Positions 28,565 through 37,824 of a stretch of DNA of 64,000 nucleotides are shown in pieces. The DNA comes from Spirochaetia bacterium (lineage in GTDB: Bacteria; Spirochaetota; Spirochaetia; DSM-27196; Salinispiraceae): the NCBI GenBank assembly GCA_038204425.1, contig JBBRCZ010000008.1, positions 64,001 to 128,000 on the forward strand. The letters are read 5' to 3'. Under the pieces are notes generated by a model that saw only the letters and a list, made by a program, of their open reading frames with translations, did not search any database and was not told the DNA's origin. The first letter of the stretch is position 1; every line of letters begins with the position of its first letter. Made by a program: the position numbers and the translations under genes.

Positions 28565-29554
28565 CTATTTTAGCGCATCGACTATGGTATCAGTCAGACG
28601 CTCAATCATCGTAAACCACGAACCATCACTTCCCAACAAATGTGTGTCAATTGCAACAGCCTTAACACCGGCGTCACGCGCCAAGGCTTCGGCCACCTTT
28701 GGTGGGGTTCCAAGCTCGGTAAATACAACGTTGACTTTTTTGTCCTTGCTTAGCTTGGCCAAGGCGCTCACGTCTCCCGCCGAAACTCCCGCTTGGGTGC
28801 TAAAGCTCGGCACTATAGCCCCAAGCAAGCCAAAGCCGTAGCGATCAGCAAAGTAGCCAAGCGATTCATGTCCGGTAATCAAAAGTCTCTTATTCGCAGG
28901 TATCTGTGCAACTTTGGCCGTTATACTGCCGTCCAAATCAGCAACTCGCTTGGAAAACTGACTGGCATATTTTTGTAAATCTATTGAAAAACGACTCTTA
29001 ATTTCGATTGCAAATGCATTGGCGACCAGTGCGACAGCCTGCGGATCTAGCCAAAAGTGTGGATCGTTGCCGCCATGACCAAGTTCTTCGTCTCCGTGCT
29101 CGTCTTCTTCGTCTCCGTGCTCGTCTTCCACAGGATCGTCTTCGCTGACTTTCCTAATCGCTATATGATCGGTGGCAGTAAAAATGGGAATTCCCTTTTC
29201 TTTAGCTTGTGCCAAGGTCTTCTCAAGCCCGGCCTCAAGGCCGAGACCATTTACCACAATTAAATCTGCACCGTATACTTGGGCAATGTCTTGGGCAGAA
29301 GGCTCCCATTCATGAGGATCAAGACCATTGGGGATCAAGGTAAGCACGCTTGCTTGCTTGTTTAGTTCTTCGCCCAACAAATCAGAAAGCACGCTGCCTA
29401 GGATTGAATACGTGACCACAATTTTCTTAGTTTTGTTGTCTCGCGAATTCGCTGAATCGGATTTGCCTTGGCAAGAACCGAGAACCAGAAGCATAGCAGC
29501 TAAGACCGCTACGCCTAACATAGCAAAGCCTCGTATTAAGTAGATTCTTTTCAC
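28565..29554 (-). CDS. Metal ABC transporter substrate-binding lipoprotein, AztC/ZnuA-like
   Basis: VLGSC lipobox; DPHEWEP, NGLGLE, His/acidic loop, DPHFWLDP, GHESLGYFADRYG; GTG start. Confidence 0.93.
   Translation of the reverse strand: MKRIYLIRGFAMLGVAVLAAMLLVLGSCQGKSDSANSRDNKTKKIVVTYSILGSVLSDLLGEELNKQASVLTLIPNGLDPHEWEPSAQDIAQVYGADLIVVNGLGLEAGLEKTLAQAKEKGIPIFTATDHIAIRKVSEDDPVEDEHGDEEDEHGDEELGHGGNDPHFWLDPQAVALVANAFAIEIKSRFSIDLQKYASQFSKRVADLDGSITAKVAQIPANKRLLITGHESLGYFADRYGFGLLGAIVPSFSTQAGVSAGDVSALAKLSKDKKVNVVFTELGTPPKVAEALARDAGVKAVAIDTHLLGSDGSWFTMIERLTDTIVDALK
29084..29128. repeat. 21-bp in-frame tandem duplication encoding (EDEHGDE)x2 in the binding-protein loop
   Basis: TCTTCGTCTCCGTGCTCGTCT x2. 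Confidence 0.88.
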
Positions 29555-29596
29555 AATATCACCTCTTTCGATAGTAAGGTCCGCGCATCGACGGCC

Positions 29597-29646
29597 GTAT
29601 TACTAAATAATACCGTATTATTTAGTAATACTTAATTGTCTGTCAA
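29597..29646 (-). promoter_or_regulatory. Promoter of the metal-uptake operon overlapped by a perfect 35-bp palindrome (double operator)
   Basis: GTATTACTAAATAATAC-C-GTATTATTTAGTAATAC at 29597-29631; minus-strand TTGACA at 29646-29641 puts the -10 region inside the palindrome. Confidence 0.8.
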
Positions 29647-29680
29647 CAGCACTAGGCAAAATCAACACATTTTTATAGCA

Positions 29681-29709
29681 TTGACACATGACAACATTTG
29701 GGGTAGATA
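29681..29709 (+). promoter_or_regulatory. Promoter of the tRNA cluster
   Basis: TTGACA-N17-TAGATA just upstream of tRNA-His. Confidence 0.55.
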
Positions 29710-29727
29710 TATGGTCACCAAAATCTT

Positions 29728-29800
29728 GGTGGCTGTAGTTCAGTGGTAGAGCGCAAGATTGTGATTCTTGTTGTCGCGGGTTCAAATCCCGTCAGCCACC
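29728..29800 (+). tRNA. tRNA-His (GUG), with G-1
   Basis: GGTGGCTG/CAGCCACC acceptor stem, CAAGA-TTGTGAT-TCTTG anticodon arm, GGTTCAAATCC T-arm. Confidence 0.95.
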
Positions 29801-29836
29801 CTTACATGTTTGTATACCTTGGCAAGCATGTCTAAT

Positions 29837-29910
29837 GCGTTCGTAGCTCAGTTGGATAGAGTGCCGGACTTCGAATCCGAAGGTCGCAGGTTCGAGCCCT
29901 GCCGGACGCG
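29837..29910 (+). tRNA. tRNA-Arg (UCG)
   Basis: GCGTTCG/CGGACGC acceptor, CCGGA-CTTCGAA-TCCGA anticodon arm, GGTTCGAGCCC T-arm. Confidence 0.92.
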
Positions 29911-29962
29911 CTATGATTGACACGGTGTTAGTTTTCAGACTAATGTCTGTCCTTCGTTAAAG

Positions 29963-30035
29963 GGGCCGTTAGCTCAGTTGGTAGAGCAGAAGACTCTTAA
30001 TCTTCGGGTCGCAGGTTCGAATCCTGCACGGCTCA
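29963..30035 (+). tRNA. tRNA-Lys (CUU)
   Basis: GGGCCGT/ACGGCTC acceptor, GAAGA-CTCTTAA-TCTTC anticodon arm. Confidence 0.95.
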
Positions 30036-30099
30036 AAAGCGCCCAAAAGGCGCTTGACAGATTGACCGAGCTGCGATAATATCGCGATCGGTTCCGTAA

Positions 30100-30181
30100 G
30101 CGAGAGTGGTGGAATTGGTAGACACGCCAGACTTAGAATCTGGTGCCTTACGGTGTATGGGTTCAAGTCCCTTCTCTCGCA
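30100..30181 (+). tRNA. tRNA-Leu (UAG)
   Basis: GCGAGAG/CTCTCGC acceptor, CCAGA-CTTAGAA-TCTGG anticodon arm, long variable arm. Confidence 0.95.
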
Positions 30182-30238
30182 CTGTTTCGCTTGTTGACCA
30201 TGGCAATGCTACTATTGACTTGCGTTTGTTTATTTCTT

Positions 30239-30310
30239 GCGGGAGTAGCTCAGTGGTAGAGCTCCACCTTGCCAAGGTGGATGTCGAGGGTTCAAGTCCC
30301 TTCTCCCGCT
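30239..30310 (+). tRNA. tRNA-Gly (GCC)
   Basis: GCGGGAG/CTCCCGC acceptor, CCACC-TTGCCAA-GGTGG anticodon arm. Confidence 0.95.
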
Positions 30311-30319
30311 CTTAATGTT

Positions 30320-30353
30320 AAAAAGCGATCTGGGTATCCGGGTCGCTTTTTTT
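30320..30353 (+). terminator. Rho-independent terminator after the tRNA cluster
   Basis: AAAAAGCGATCTGG-GTAT-CCGGGTCGCTTTTTTT hairpin with T run. Confidence 0.8.
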
Positions 30354-30432
30354 CTATCAGTCTCGTGCGCTCACTCGTGGCGCCGTCGCCGCATGGTCGT
30401 GCGACATAGTTTCCCTGCTGAGGTACCCATCC

Positions 30433-31797
30433 ATGGTTCAAAGTAAAAGCATCCAAAAACTTGACAAATCCAACGTCAAACTTTCACTCACAATTTCTGG
30501 TGAAGAAACACAAAAAGCCTATGACAAGCTTCTTGGTGACTATGCCAAAAAGGCTCAGATAAAAGGTTTTAGGCCCGGCAAAGTACCTACATCGGTACTG
30601 GAAACTAAGTATGGCGACTCGCTCAAGATTGAGACTGCCCAAGAAGCAATTGAAGCAAGCCTAAAGACTGTCTTGGCAGAAATCGAAGAAAAGCCTTTGC
30701 CCTATGCTCAACCTGTTTTGGACGAGGGCTTTAGTTTTGTTCCAGGGCAGGACTTTTGTTTTGCGGTTACTTACGACGTTTTTCCAAGCGTTGGCGCTAT
30801 AGATCAGACGGGCATGAGCTATGAAGACGACCAAGTAAGCATCGGCAAAGAAGATCTCGAGCTCGAACTCAAACAACTGCAAGAACAAAACTCCATCATG
30901 GCTGAAAGCGAAGGCCCAATCGTAAGCGGAGATATGGTAAGTGCCAATTTTTGGGAACTTGACGGTGAAGGCAATGAAGTACCGGGAAGTAAACGACAAG
31001 ACTTTGTCTTTACCATCGGACAAAACTCTAACTACTACTTATTTGATGACGAAGTAATTGCTGCCAAAAAAGGTCAGACTCTGAGCATCGATAAAACTTA
31101 TGCTGCCGACTATGAGAACCCAGAACTTGCAGGACGGACGGTAAAAATTAGCTTGGAAGTGAGCCGCATTCGTCGCAAGGATCTGCCGGATCTCGATGAT
31201 GAGCTTGCCCAAGACATTGATGAAAAATATAAAACGCTCGACGATCTCAAGAAAGACATCAAAGAACGTCTAGAAAAAACAGCCGAAAACAAACTGCGCC
31301 AAAAAAAAATAACCAGCATTATCGAACAGCTCTTGAGCAAGCAAGAAATTGTAGTTCCTGAGTCAATGGTAAACGCTGAGTTGTACCAAAAATATGATCA
31401 CATGGTTAGGCAGTTGGGTGGTAAAGAACAAACTCTGCTGCAACTCTTAGCAGCTCAAGGTTCGAGCCCACAGACTTTGATTGACTCATGGAGACCTTTG
31501 GCCGAAAAAGAAATTAAGTCATCGTTGATTATTCGCGAACTAATTAAATCTGAAAAGATTGAGGTGAGTGAAGAAGAGCTAAACGAAGAGATAAAGAAAC
31601 AAGGTGCCTTGTCTAACATGGATCAAGCGGCAGCCCGAGAATTTTTTGAAAAAAACAACTATTTGGATCAACTCAAGAACGCTGTTGAAGAGAAAAAACT
31701 TTTTGACGCCTTGTTCGCAAAAGCGAAGGCTGGCAAGGGCAAAAAAATTAAGTACGCCGACTTAGTCAAAGCTCATTCACATTCTGACAGTGACTAG
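30433..31797 (+). CDS. tig: Trigger factor
   Basis: IKGFRPGKVP ribosome-binding motif, LPDLDDELA; upstream of clpP-clpX. Confidence 0.95.
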   Translation: MVQSKSIQKLDKSNVKLSLTISGEETQKAYDKLLGDYAKKAQIKGFRPGKVPTSVLETKYGDSLKIETAQEAIEASLKTVLAEIEEKPLPYAQPVLDEGFSFVPGQDFCFAVTYDVFPSVGAIDQTGMSYEDDQVSIGKEDLELELKQLQEQNSIMAESEGPIVSGDMVSANFWELDGEGNEVPGSKRQDFVFTIGQNSNYYLFDDEVIAAKKGQTLSIDKTYAADYENPELAGRTVKISLEVSRIRRKDLPDLDDELAQDIDEKYKTLDDLKKDIKERLEKTAENKLRQKKITSIIEQLLSKQEIVVPESMVNAELYQKYDHMVRQLGGKEQTLLQLLAAQGSSPQTLIDSWRPLAEKEIKSSLIIRELIKSEKIEVSEEELNEEIKKQGALSNMDQAAAREFFEKNNYLDQLKNAVEEKKLFDALFAKAKAGKGKKIKYADLVKAHSHSDSD

Positions 31798-31807
31798 CTG
31801 AGAGTAT

Positions 31808-31836
31808 TTGACCATAAGGTTTTTTTTGCATACATT
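31808..31836 (+). promoter_or_regulatory. Internal promoter for clpP-clpX-lon
   Basis: TTGACC-N17-TACATT. Confidence 0.5.
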
Positions 31837-31868
31837 AAAATCTATTGATTTTGAGAGGCAGGGTTTTT

Positions 31869-32477
31869 ATGAGCACGATTTACAACGCATATTATCCGTC
31901 CATCTGGGAACAGACAGGACTTGGCGAACGTCAATGGGACCTTTTTGGTAGACTTCTTCGTGACCGGATTATTTTTTTGGACGGCGAGATCAACGATCAA
32001 ACTGCTGACGTAATCGTGGCACAATTACTTTATTTGGAAAGCCAAGATCCAGATAAAGATGTAAGCCTGTACATCAACTCTCCAGGCGGTAATGTTCTGT
32101 CTGGCTTAGCAATTTATGACACCATCAAATTTATTCGATGCAGTGTGCAGACTATCTGTGTTGGACAAGCAGCAAGTATGGCAGCTATTATTTTGGCAGC
32201 CGGCACCGAAGGCAAACGCTACATTTTGCCATCGGCCAGAGTTATGTTGCACCAACCTTGGGGTGGAGTGCAGGGTCAAGCAACTGACATTAAGATCCAA
32301 GCCCGAGAAATCGTTAGACTCAAAAAAATGTTAATCAGCTATATCGCGTCCGACACCAAAAAAACAGAAGAGCAGATTGGTGTCGACTTGGAGCGTGACT
32401 ATTTTATGAGTTCGCAAGAAAGTGTAGACTATGGTATAGTAGACAGGATCCTAAGGAAAGGCGCTATCAATGAGTAA
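31869..32477 (+). CDS. clpP: ATP-dependent Clp protease proteolytic subunit
   Basis: [25 protein letters not shown] (Ser), MLHQP (His), ERDYF (Asp); ATG 31869. Confidence 0.97.
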   Translation: MSTIYNAYYPSIWEQTGLGERQWDLFGRLLRDRIIFLDGEINDQTADVIVAQLLYLESQDPDKDVSLYINSPGGNVLSGLAIYDTIKFIRCSVQTICVGQAASMAAIILAAGTEGKRYILPSARVMLHQPWGGVQGQATDIKIQAREIVRLKKMLISYIASDTKKTEEQIGVDLERDYFMSSQESVDYGIVDRILRKGAINE

Positions 32478-33714
32478 AAAAGCTGACGCTACCGCCGCCA
32501 AGACCTGTAGTTTCTGTGGAAAACCTGCAGAATTTGCCCGTAGATTGATCGCTGGTCCCGGCGTTTTTATATGTGACGAGTGTGTTGTGGTCTGCAAGAA
32601 AATTCTTGAAGAAGAAGACAGCGTACTTACCAACGAAATCATCGTAGATGTTCCTTCACCGGCTGACATCAAAGCCTACCTTGATGACTACGTTATTGGC
32701 CAAGACAGTGCCAAACGCGTTTTGTCGGTTGCAGTTTACAACCATTACAAACGAATTTCTGGCAAGAGCCGCATCAATGATGGTATTGAAATTGAGAAGT
32801 CCAACGTGCTCTTGCTTGGACCAACCGGAACCGGCAAGACATTGCTTGCGCGAACCCTGGCTCGCAAGCTCAAAGTACCTTTTGCAATTGCTGACGCCAC
32901 CACGCTGACCGAAGCCGGTTACGTTGGTGAAGACGTAGAAAACATCCTGCTCAAGCTTTATCAGAGCGCGGGCCAAAACATCTCAGCAGCTGAACGTGGT
33001 ATTGTTTATATTGACGAGATCGATAAAATTTCTCGCAAGGGAGAAAACATTAGCATCACGCGCGATGTCTCGGGCGAAGGCGTACAGCAGTCGCTACTCA
33101 AGATCATCGAGGGTACCATAGCCAGTGTACCACCCCAAGGTGGTCGAAAGCACCCCAACCAAGAAATGTTGCGCATTGATACCACCAACATTCTGTTTAT
33201 CGTGGGCGGGGCCTTTGTTGGCATCGAACGTATCATTACCCAACGGATAGCTAAACATGCCATGGGCTTTGGCGCATCGGTTCAGCGTGTTTCTGAAAAA
33301 AGCTTGGATGACCTCTACAAACAAATCCATCCCGACGATTTGATTAAGTTTGGTTTGATCCCTGAGTTTGTAGGTCGCCTGCCGATTACGGTAGCTCTCA
33401 ACGACCTTAAGGCCGAAGATCTAGAACGAATTTTGCTTGAGCCAAAAAACTCCATCATACGCCAGTACCAGGCCAGCCTTAGACTCGATGACGTTGACCT
33501 AGTTTTTGAAGACGGCGCGATTAAGGCAATCGCAGAGTTGGCTATCAAACGCAAGACAGGAGCTCGCGGACTGCGTGCAATTGTTGAGCAAATGATGATG
33601 AATGTTATGTTTGAGTTGCCATCGCTTAAGGGCCAAAAGCGTGTTGTCATTACTGAACAGGTAATTCTAGAATCTAAAGATCCAGAAATTAGTTTCTTGC
33701 AGAAGAGTGCCTAG
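32470..33714 (+). CDS. clpX: Clp protease ATP-binding subunit ClpX
   Basis: CSFCG zinc-binding domain, [27 protein letters not shown] loop, GARGLR. Confidence 0.98.
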   Translation: MSKKADATAAKTCSFCGKPAEFARRLIAGPGVFICDECVVVCKKILEEEDSVLTNEIIVDVPSPADIKAYLDDYVIGQDSAKRVLSVAVYNHYKRISGKSRINDGIEIEKSNVLLLGPTGTGKTLLARTLARKLKVPFAIADATTLTEAGYVGEDVENILLKLYQSAGQNISAAERGIVYIDEIDKISRKGENISITRDVSGEGVQQSLLKIIEGTIASVPPQGGRKHPNQEMLRIDTTNILFIVGGAFVGIERIITQRIAKHAMGFGASVQRVSEKSLDDLYKQIHPDDLIKFGLIPEFVGRLPITVALNDLKAEDLERILLEPKNSIIRQYQASLRLDDVDLVFEDGAIKAIAELAIKRKTGARGLRAIVEQMMMNVMFELPSLKGQKRVVITEQVILESKDPEISFLQKSA

Positions 33715-33722
33715 TAGCGAGG

Positions 33723-36098
33723 ATGCCAATTTTTGAAAAAACACAAAAGGGAAGCCAAGTAATTGAGCTTCCCTTTATCATTGTTGACGAAATAGTTTGT
33801 TTTCCTGGCTCTAGCTACCCACTCTTCTTAAGCGCTAAATCAGCACTTGCTGCTATAGATGTCGCAATGGACAGTGATAGGAATATATTTGTAAGCCACC
33901 GAACGAGCAAGGAAGGTGGATCAGAAAACGACCTATCTATCATTGGCACTATCTGTCGCATTAATCAACTGGTCAAAATCCCAGGTAGCGGTACACGAGT
34001 CTTGCTTGACTGTCTGGACAGGGCGCAGCTCTTAAGCGTACTCGACATTGGCACCAAACCCAGCGTTAAGCTGATGACGCTGGAAGTTGATCACCAAGTT
34101 GACCCACAGACTGCGCGCTTGATGAACATGGTCAGAGAAGACTTTAAGCGCTACATTCCAAGCACTAAGCAGCTAAGCCGAGACATACTAGTTGCTATCA
34201 ACAACGCTGACAGTCCGCATAAACTTGCCGACCTGATCTGTGTTCATTGTGGTATTGACCATCTACGCAAACTTGATCTCTTGCTTCAACTAGACGCGCA
34301 TACGCGCCTCAAAGACCTCGCGGTTGAGATCCAGAGCGAGAATCAACTGTTAGAACTTAAGAATGATGTCAGCAACAGAGTCAAAGTTAGAATGGAACAG
34401 ACACAGAAAGACTATTTTGTAAATGAACAGATTAAAGAACTCAACAAGGAGCTCAGCAAACCAGATGATAGCAACGGCATAGACGATCTCAAGCTAAAAC
34501 TTTCGCAAGCCGATCTGCCGCTCGAAGTAGAAACCAAAGTCGAACTTGAGCTTAAACGCCTTGGTCGCATGCAGGCCATGTCGCCAGAGTCCGGCATTTG
34601 CCGGACTTGGTTGGAATGCGTCTTGGACCTACCTTGGCATCGCTCAAGCCCAACGACAATTGACCTGCAAGAAGCCCAAGAAATCCTAAACCAAGACCAC
34701 TATGACTTGGAAGATGCTAAGGATCGCATTCTCGATTTTTTGGCAATCCACCGCCTACAAGAAAACGCCAAGGCGCCAATTATTTGTTTTGTTGGCCCAC
34801 CCGGAACTGGCAAGACTAGTTTAGCTATCTCATTTGCTCGAGCCTTGGGCCGCGAGTTTGTGCGCGTGAGCCTAGGCGGACTGCGTGATGAGTCCGAAAT
34901 CAGGGGACATCGACGCACCTATGTTGGAGCCCTTGCCGGAAAGATTATTCACAACATTAGAAAATGCGGCGTCAACAATCCAGTTTTCTTGCTCGACGAA
35001 ATAGACAAACTTGCCAGTGATAACCGTGGCGATCCAGCAAGCGCCTTGTTGGAAGTTCTTGACCCAGAACAAAACAAGAGCTTCCTTGACCACTATCTTG
35101 AACTCCCGTTTGATTTGTCTCGCGTAGTTTTTGTTGCCACTGCAAACAATGCGAGCAACATACCCCACCCGCTGCGAGATCGCATGGAGCTGGTAGAAGT
35201 GTCCGGCTATTCTCGCTATGATAAGTTTCACATCGCAAGCGACTACATCATCCCCAAACTGCTCAAAGAATATAGTATAGAAAGTCTGCCACTCACGTTT
35301 GAAAAGGATGCACTGTACTGTATCATCGACGACTATACGATGGAAGCTGGGGTTCGTAGTCTTGAGCGCTGCATTTCACGCGTTCTGCGCAAGGTAGCCC
35401 GCTTCAAAATCCCTGCGGCGCAGCTTCCGATGCTCAAACAAGATCAACTAGACCAAGATCGCTCAGAACATAGCTTTGAGCACATCACTATCGACCGCGA
35501 TCTCGTTCGCTCATATCTCAAGCGCCCCCAGCTTGCCAAAGACCTCTTGCAAGACCAAGCAAGACCAGGAGTAATTCTTGGACTTGCTTGGACAGAAATG
35601 GGTGGCACCGTAATGCCCGTAGAAGTTGCGGTCATTCAAGGCAAGGGTGAAATTCATCTCACTGGCAAGCTTGGTGAAGTCATGAAAGAAAGCGCACGAA
35701 TTGCATTGTCAGTTATAAAGGGCTTGGGAAAATTAGAAAATAGCCAAGAAATTGTGCTAACTGACAAAGACTTGCATATCCATGTACCGGAAGGCGCGAC
35801 GCCTAAGGACGGACCCTCAGCCGGTATAACGCTAGCTTGTGCCTTGCATTCTGCGCTGACTGCTAGGGTGGTTCGCAGAGGTTTGGCAATGACCGGAGAG
35901 CTAACCTTGTCAGGCAGGGTTTTGGCGGTTGGGGGTATCAGAGAAAAACTAATGGCTGCTCATCGTCATGGCCTCAAAGAAGTGCTTCTTCCGGAGGCGA
36001 ACCGCTCGCAAGTTGACGACCTGCCCGAGCTAATTCGCGCTGAGTTAAGCATTAACTTTGTCAATGACTTTTCGCAGGTGCTGCAACTACTCTACTAA
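33723..36098 (+). CDS. lon: Lon protease (endopeptidase La)
   Basis: [39 protein letters not shown]. Confidence 0.97.
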   Translation: MPIFEKTQKGSQVIELPFIIVDEIVCFPGSSYPLFLSAKSALAAIDVAMDSDRNIFVSHRTSKEGGSENDLSIIGTICRINQLVKIPGSGTRVLLDCLDRAQLLSVLDIGTKPSVKLMTLEVDHQVDPQTARLMNMVREDFKRYIPSTKQLSRDILVAINNADSPHKLADLICVHCGIDHLRKLDLLLQLDAHTRLKDLAVEIQSENQLLELKNDVSNRVKVRMEQTQKDYFVNEQIKELNKELSKPDDSNGIDDLKLKLSQADLPLEVETKVELELKRLGRMQAMSPESGICRTWLECVLDLPWHRSSPTTIDLQEAQEILNQDHYDLEDAKDRILDFLAIHRLQENAKAPIICFVGPPGTGKTSLAISFARALGREFVRVSLGGLRDESEIRGHRRTYVGALAGKIIHNIRKCGVNNPVFLLDEIDKLASDNRGDPASALLEVLDPEQNKSFLDHYLELPFDLSRVVFVATANNASNIPHPLRDRMELVEVSGYSRYDKFHIASDYIIPKLLKEYSIESLPLTFEKDALYCIIDDYTMEAGVRSLERCISRVLRKVARFKIPAAQLPMLKQDQLDQDRSEHSFEHITIDRDLVRSYLKRPQLAKDLLQDQARPGVILGLAWTEMGGTVMPVEVAVIQGKGEIHLTGKLGEVMKESARIALSVIKGLGKLENSQEIVLTDKDLHIHVPEGATPKDGPSAGITLACALHSALTARVVRRGLAMTGELTLSGRVLAVGGIREKLMAAHRHGLKEVLLPEANRSQVDDLPELIRAELSINFVNDFSQVLQLLY

Positions 36099-36112
36099 GT
36101 CAAAAACTAAGC

Positions 36113-36150
36113 ATTGCATAAATATCCACTTTTTTTTATAATTATACATG
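36113..36150 (+). promoter_or_regulatory. argF promoter overlapped by two tandem ARG boxes
   Basis: ATTGCATAAATATCCACT (36113-36130) and TTTTTATAATTATACATG (36133-36150); TTGCAT-N17-TATAAT at 36114-36142. Confidence 0.75.
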
Positions 36151-36224
36151 TTCACTATAAAGGGGCTTTTGCAAGTACCTAGTAGATCAGTTTATTGAGG
36201 GTTTGTTCCCTTGCAGGAGCACAT

Positions 36225-37166
36225 ATGCAGCTTGCCGGTTCATCTTTTTTGGATCTTGCCGATTTTGGCGCCGACCAAATTCTTGAATTTCTTGATATTT
36301 CAAGCCAAGTAAAACGAGAAAAAAAAGAAGGTCGTCGCTTGCAGCGATTTGCCGGATATAGTCTGGCTATGGTTTTTGAGAAGCAATCCACACGCACCCG
36401 ATGCGCGTTTGAGTCAGCCTTTGGTGAAGAAGGCGGACATCCTGTCTTCCTCGGGGCAAACGACATTCATCTTGGAAAGAAAGAAAGCCTAGAAGATAGC
36501 GCGCGAGTTTTTGGCGGAATGTTTGACATCCTCGCTTATAGAGGTCATGGGCAGAACATTGTCGAAACACTCGCCGAGTACGCCGGCATACCAGTCATAA
36601 ATGCACTTACCAATGAATTTCACCCTACTCAAATCCTTGCCGATCTCCTAACACTACAAGAGGAATTTAAGACCCTCAAAGGCTTGCACTTGGCCTTTAT
36701 GGGGGATGGAAACTGCAATGTGGCTCACACTATTTTGCAGGCCGCAGCGATTATGGGTATCCATTGTTCTATTATTAGCCCCAAAGAATACAGCCCTCAA
36801 GAGGAGCTTCTAAAAAATTTGGCGCCTTTTGCCCGAGTAAGTGGAGCCAAGTTGCAGGTTTGTCAAGATTTGCCGCAAGGACTAAAGGGCGCCGACGCTG
36901 TCTACACTGACGTTTGGGTAAGCATGGGACAGGAAGCTGAAGCACAGCAGCGCGAAAGCCTCCTAGCACCCTACCAAGTTAACCAGGCCGCCATGAAGCT
37001 GACAGGAAAACCAACCAGCATTTTTATGCATTGTTTGCCCGCCATAAAAGAAAAAGAAGTAACTTTTGAAGTCATGGAAGGCGGCCAGTCGCGTGTGTGG
37101 TCAGAGGCCCAAAATAGAAAATACACCATAAAAGCAGTAATTCTTGCGCTTTTGGGACTGGCGTAA
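36225..37166 (+). CDS. argF: Ornithine carbamoyltransferase
   Basis: STRTR, HPTQ, DVWVSMG, HCLP; ATG 36225 with AGGAG RBS. Confidence 0.95.
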   Translation: MQLAGSSFLDLADFGADQILEFLDISSQVKREKKEGRRLQRFAGYSLAMVFEKQSTRTRCAFESAFGEEGGHPVFLGANDIHLGKKESLEDSARVFGGMFDILAYRGHGQNIVETLAEYAGIPVINALTNEFHPTQILADLLTLQEEFKTLKGLHLAFMGDGNCNVAHTILQAAAIMGIHCSIISPKEYSPQEELLKNLAPFARVSGAKLQVCQDLPQGLKGADAVYTDVWVSMGQEAEAQQRESLLAPYQVNQAAMKLTGKPTSIFMHCLPAIKEKEVTFEVMEGGQSRVWSEAQNRKYTIKAVILALLGLA

Positions 37167-37228
37167 CAAAATCAGGCCAAGCAACAAAGTCCTAAGAGAA
37201 AAGTTTTAAGTAAAGATGCGCTTTGCGA

Positions 37229-37257
37229 TTGCAAATTATGCTATGACTGCCTATATT
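37229..37257 (+). promoter_or_regulatory. sigma70-type promoter
   Basis: TTGCAA-N17-TATATT upstream of the GTG at 37291. Confidence 0.5.
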
Positions 37258-37290
37258 TTAAACAGTCATTTACGCTTCAGGAGGATCCCT

Positions 37291-37725
37291 GTGAAACGTT
37301 TACTAGCCATTCTAGTGCTTTTTTCAATTATGTTGCTCACCGTAGCAAGTCTTGGTGCTCAAAATCAAGCTGCACCAGCTGCCGAATACAAAGACAAAGA
37401 ACTGTATATCAAGACCTTTTACATTCAACGGGTCTATCCCCATAGCCTTGGCTACAAGGTTGACTATATGACCACTTCTGGCGGACTAGCGACAACTTAT
37501 GTGCCTATCAAGTGGTTTTACAAGTTGGGTGGCAAGGCCGAACTTGTATCGGACACAAGCCGTTCTACCCCCTATATGGAAATAGTTTATGCAGAAAAAA
37601 AGTTTTCTCATGTGAGACTGTTTCTCTACCCAAGCTTTGATCACATCAGCTGGGGTTCTATTAGAGCTGGCGGGCCAGATCTCACCGACAAGTTTAACGT
37701 TGAGGAACTGCAGTTGGTCTATTAG
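37291..37725 (+). CDS. Exported hypothetical protein
   Basis: GTG 37291 with AGGAGG RBS; signal peptide (V/M)KRLLAILVLFSIMLLTVASLGA. Confidence 0.7.
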   Translation: MKRLLAILVLFSIMLLTVASLGAQNQAAPAAEYKDKELYIKTFYIQRVYPHSLGYKVDYMTTSGGLATTYVPIKWFYKLGGKAELVSDTSRSTPYMEIVYAEKKFSHVRLFLYPSFDHISWGSIRAGGPDLTDKFNVEELQLVY

Positions 37726-37824
37726 GCTCACAAGCCCATGTATAAGCGATATGTCTAGCATTTAGTCCTTTCTGATCAAGCTTTGGATATGGATTAAATG
37801 CTTCACATGGTTTAGATTTTCTTT

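Noticed and set aside
26686..29727. Metal operon as a mobile element beside the tRNA cluster
   Set aside because: It is divergent from the tRNA 5' end, with no recombinase, direct repeats or IS ends seen.
30159..30306. Shared GGGTTCAAGTCCCTTCTC in tRNA-Leu and tRNA-Gly as a possible att duplication
   Set aside because: Both copies lie in complete tRNAs (T-arm and acceptor), with no integrase or cargo between them.
29969..30315. Short ORFs of 65-80 aa in the ORF track
   Set aside because: They overlap tRNA-Lys, tRNA-Leu and tRNA-Gly and are shadows of RNA genes.
30361..30420. GC-rich stretch upstream of tig as a possible structured leader RNA
   Set aside because: I could not derive a convincing stable fold or match it to a known family by eye.
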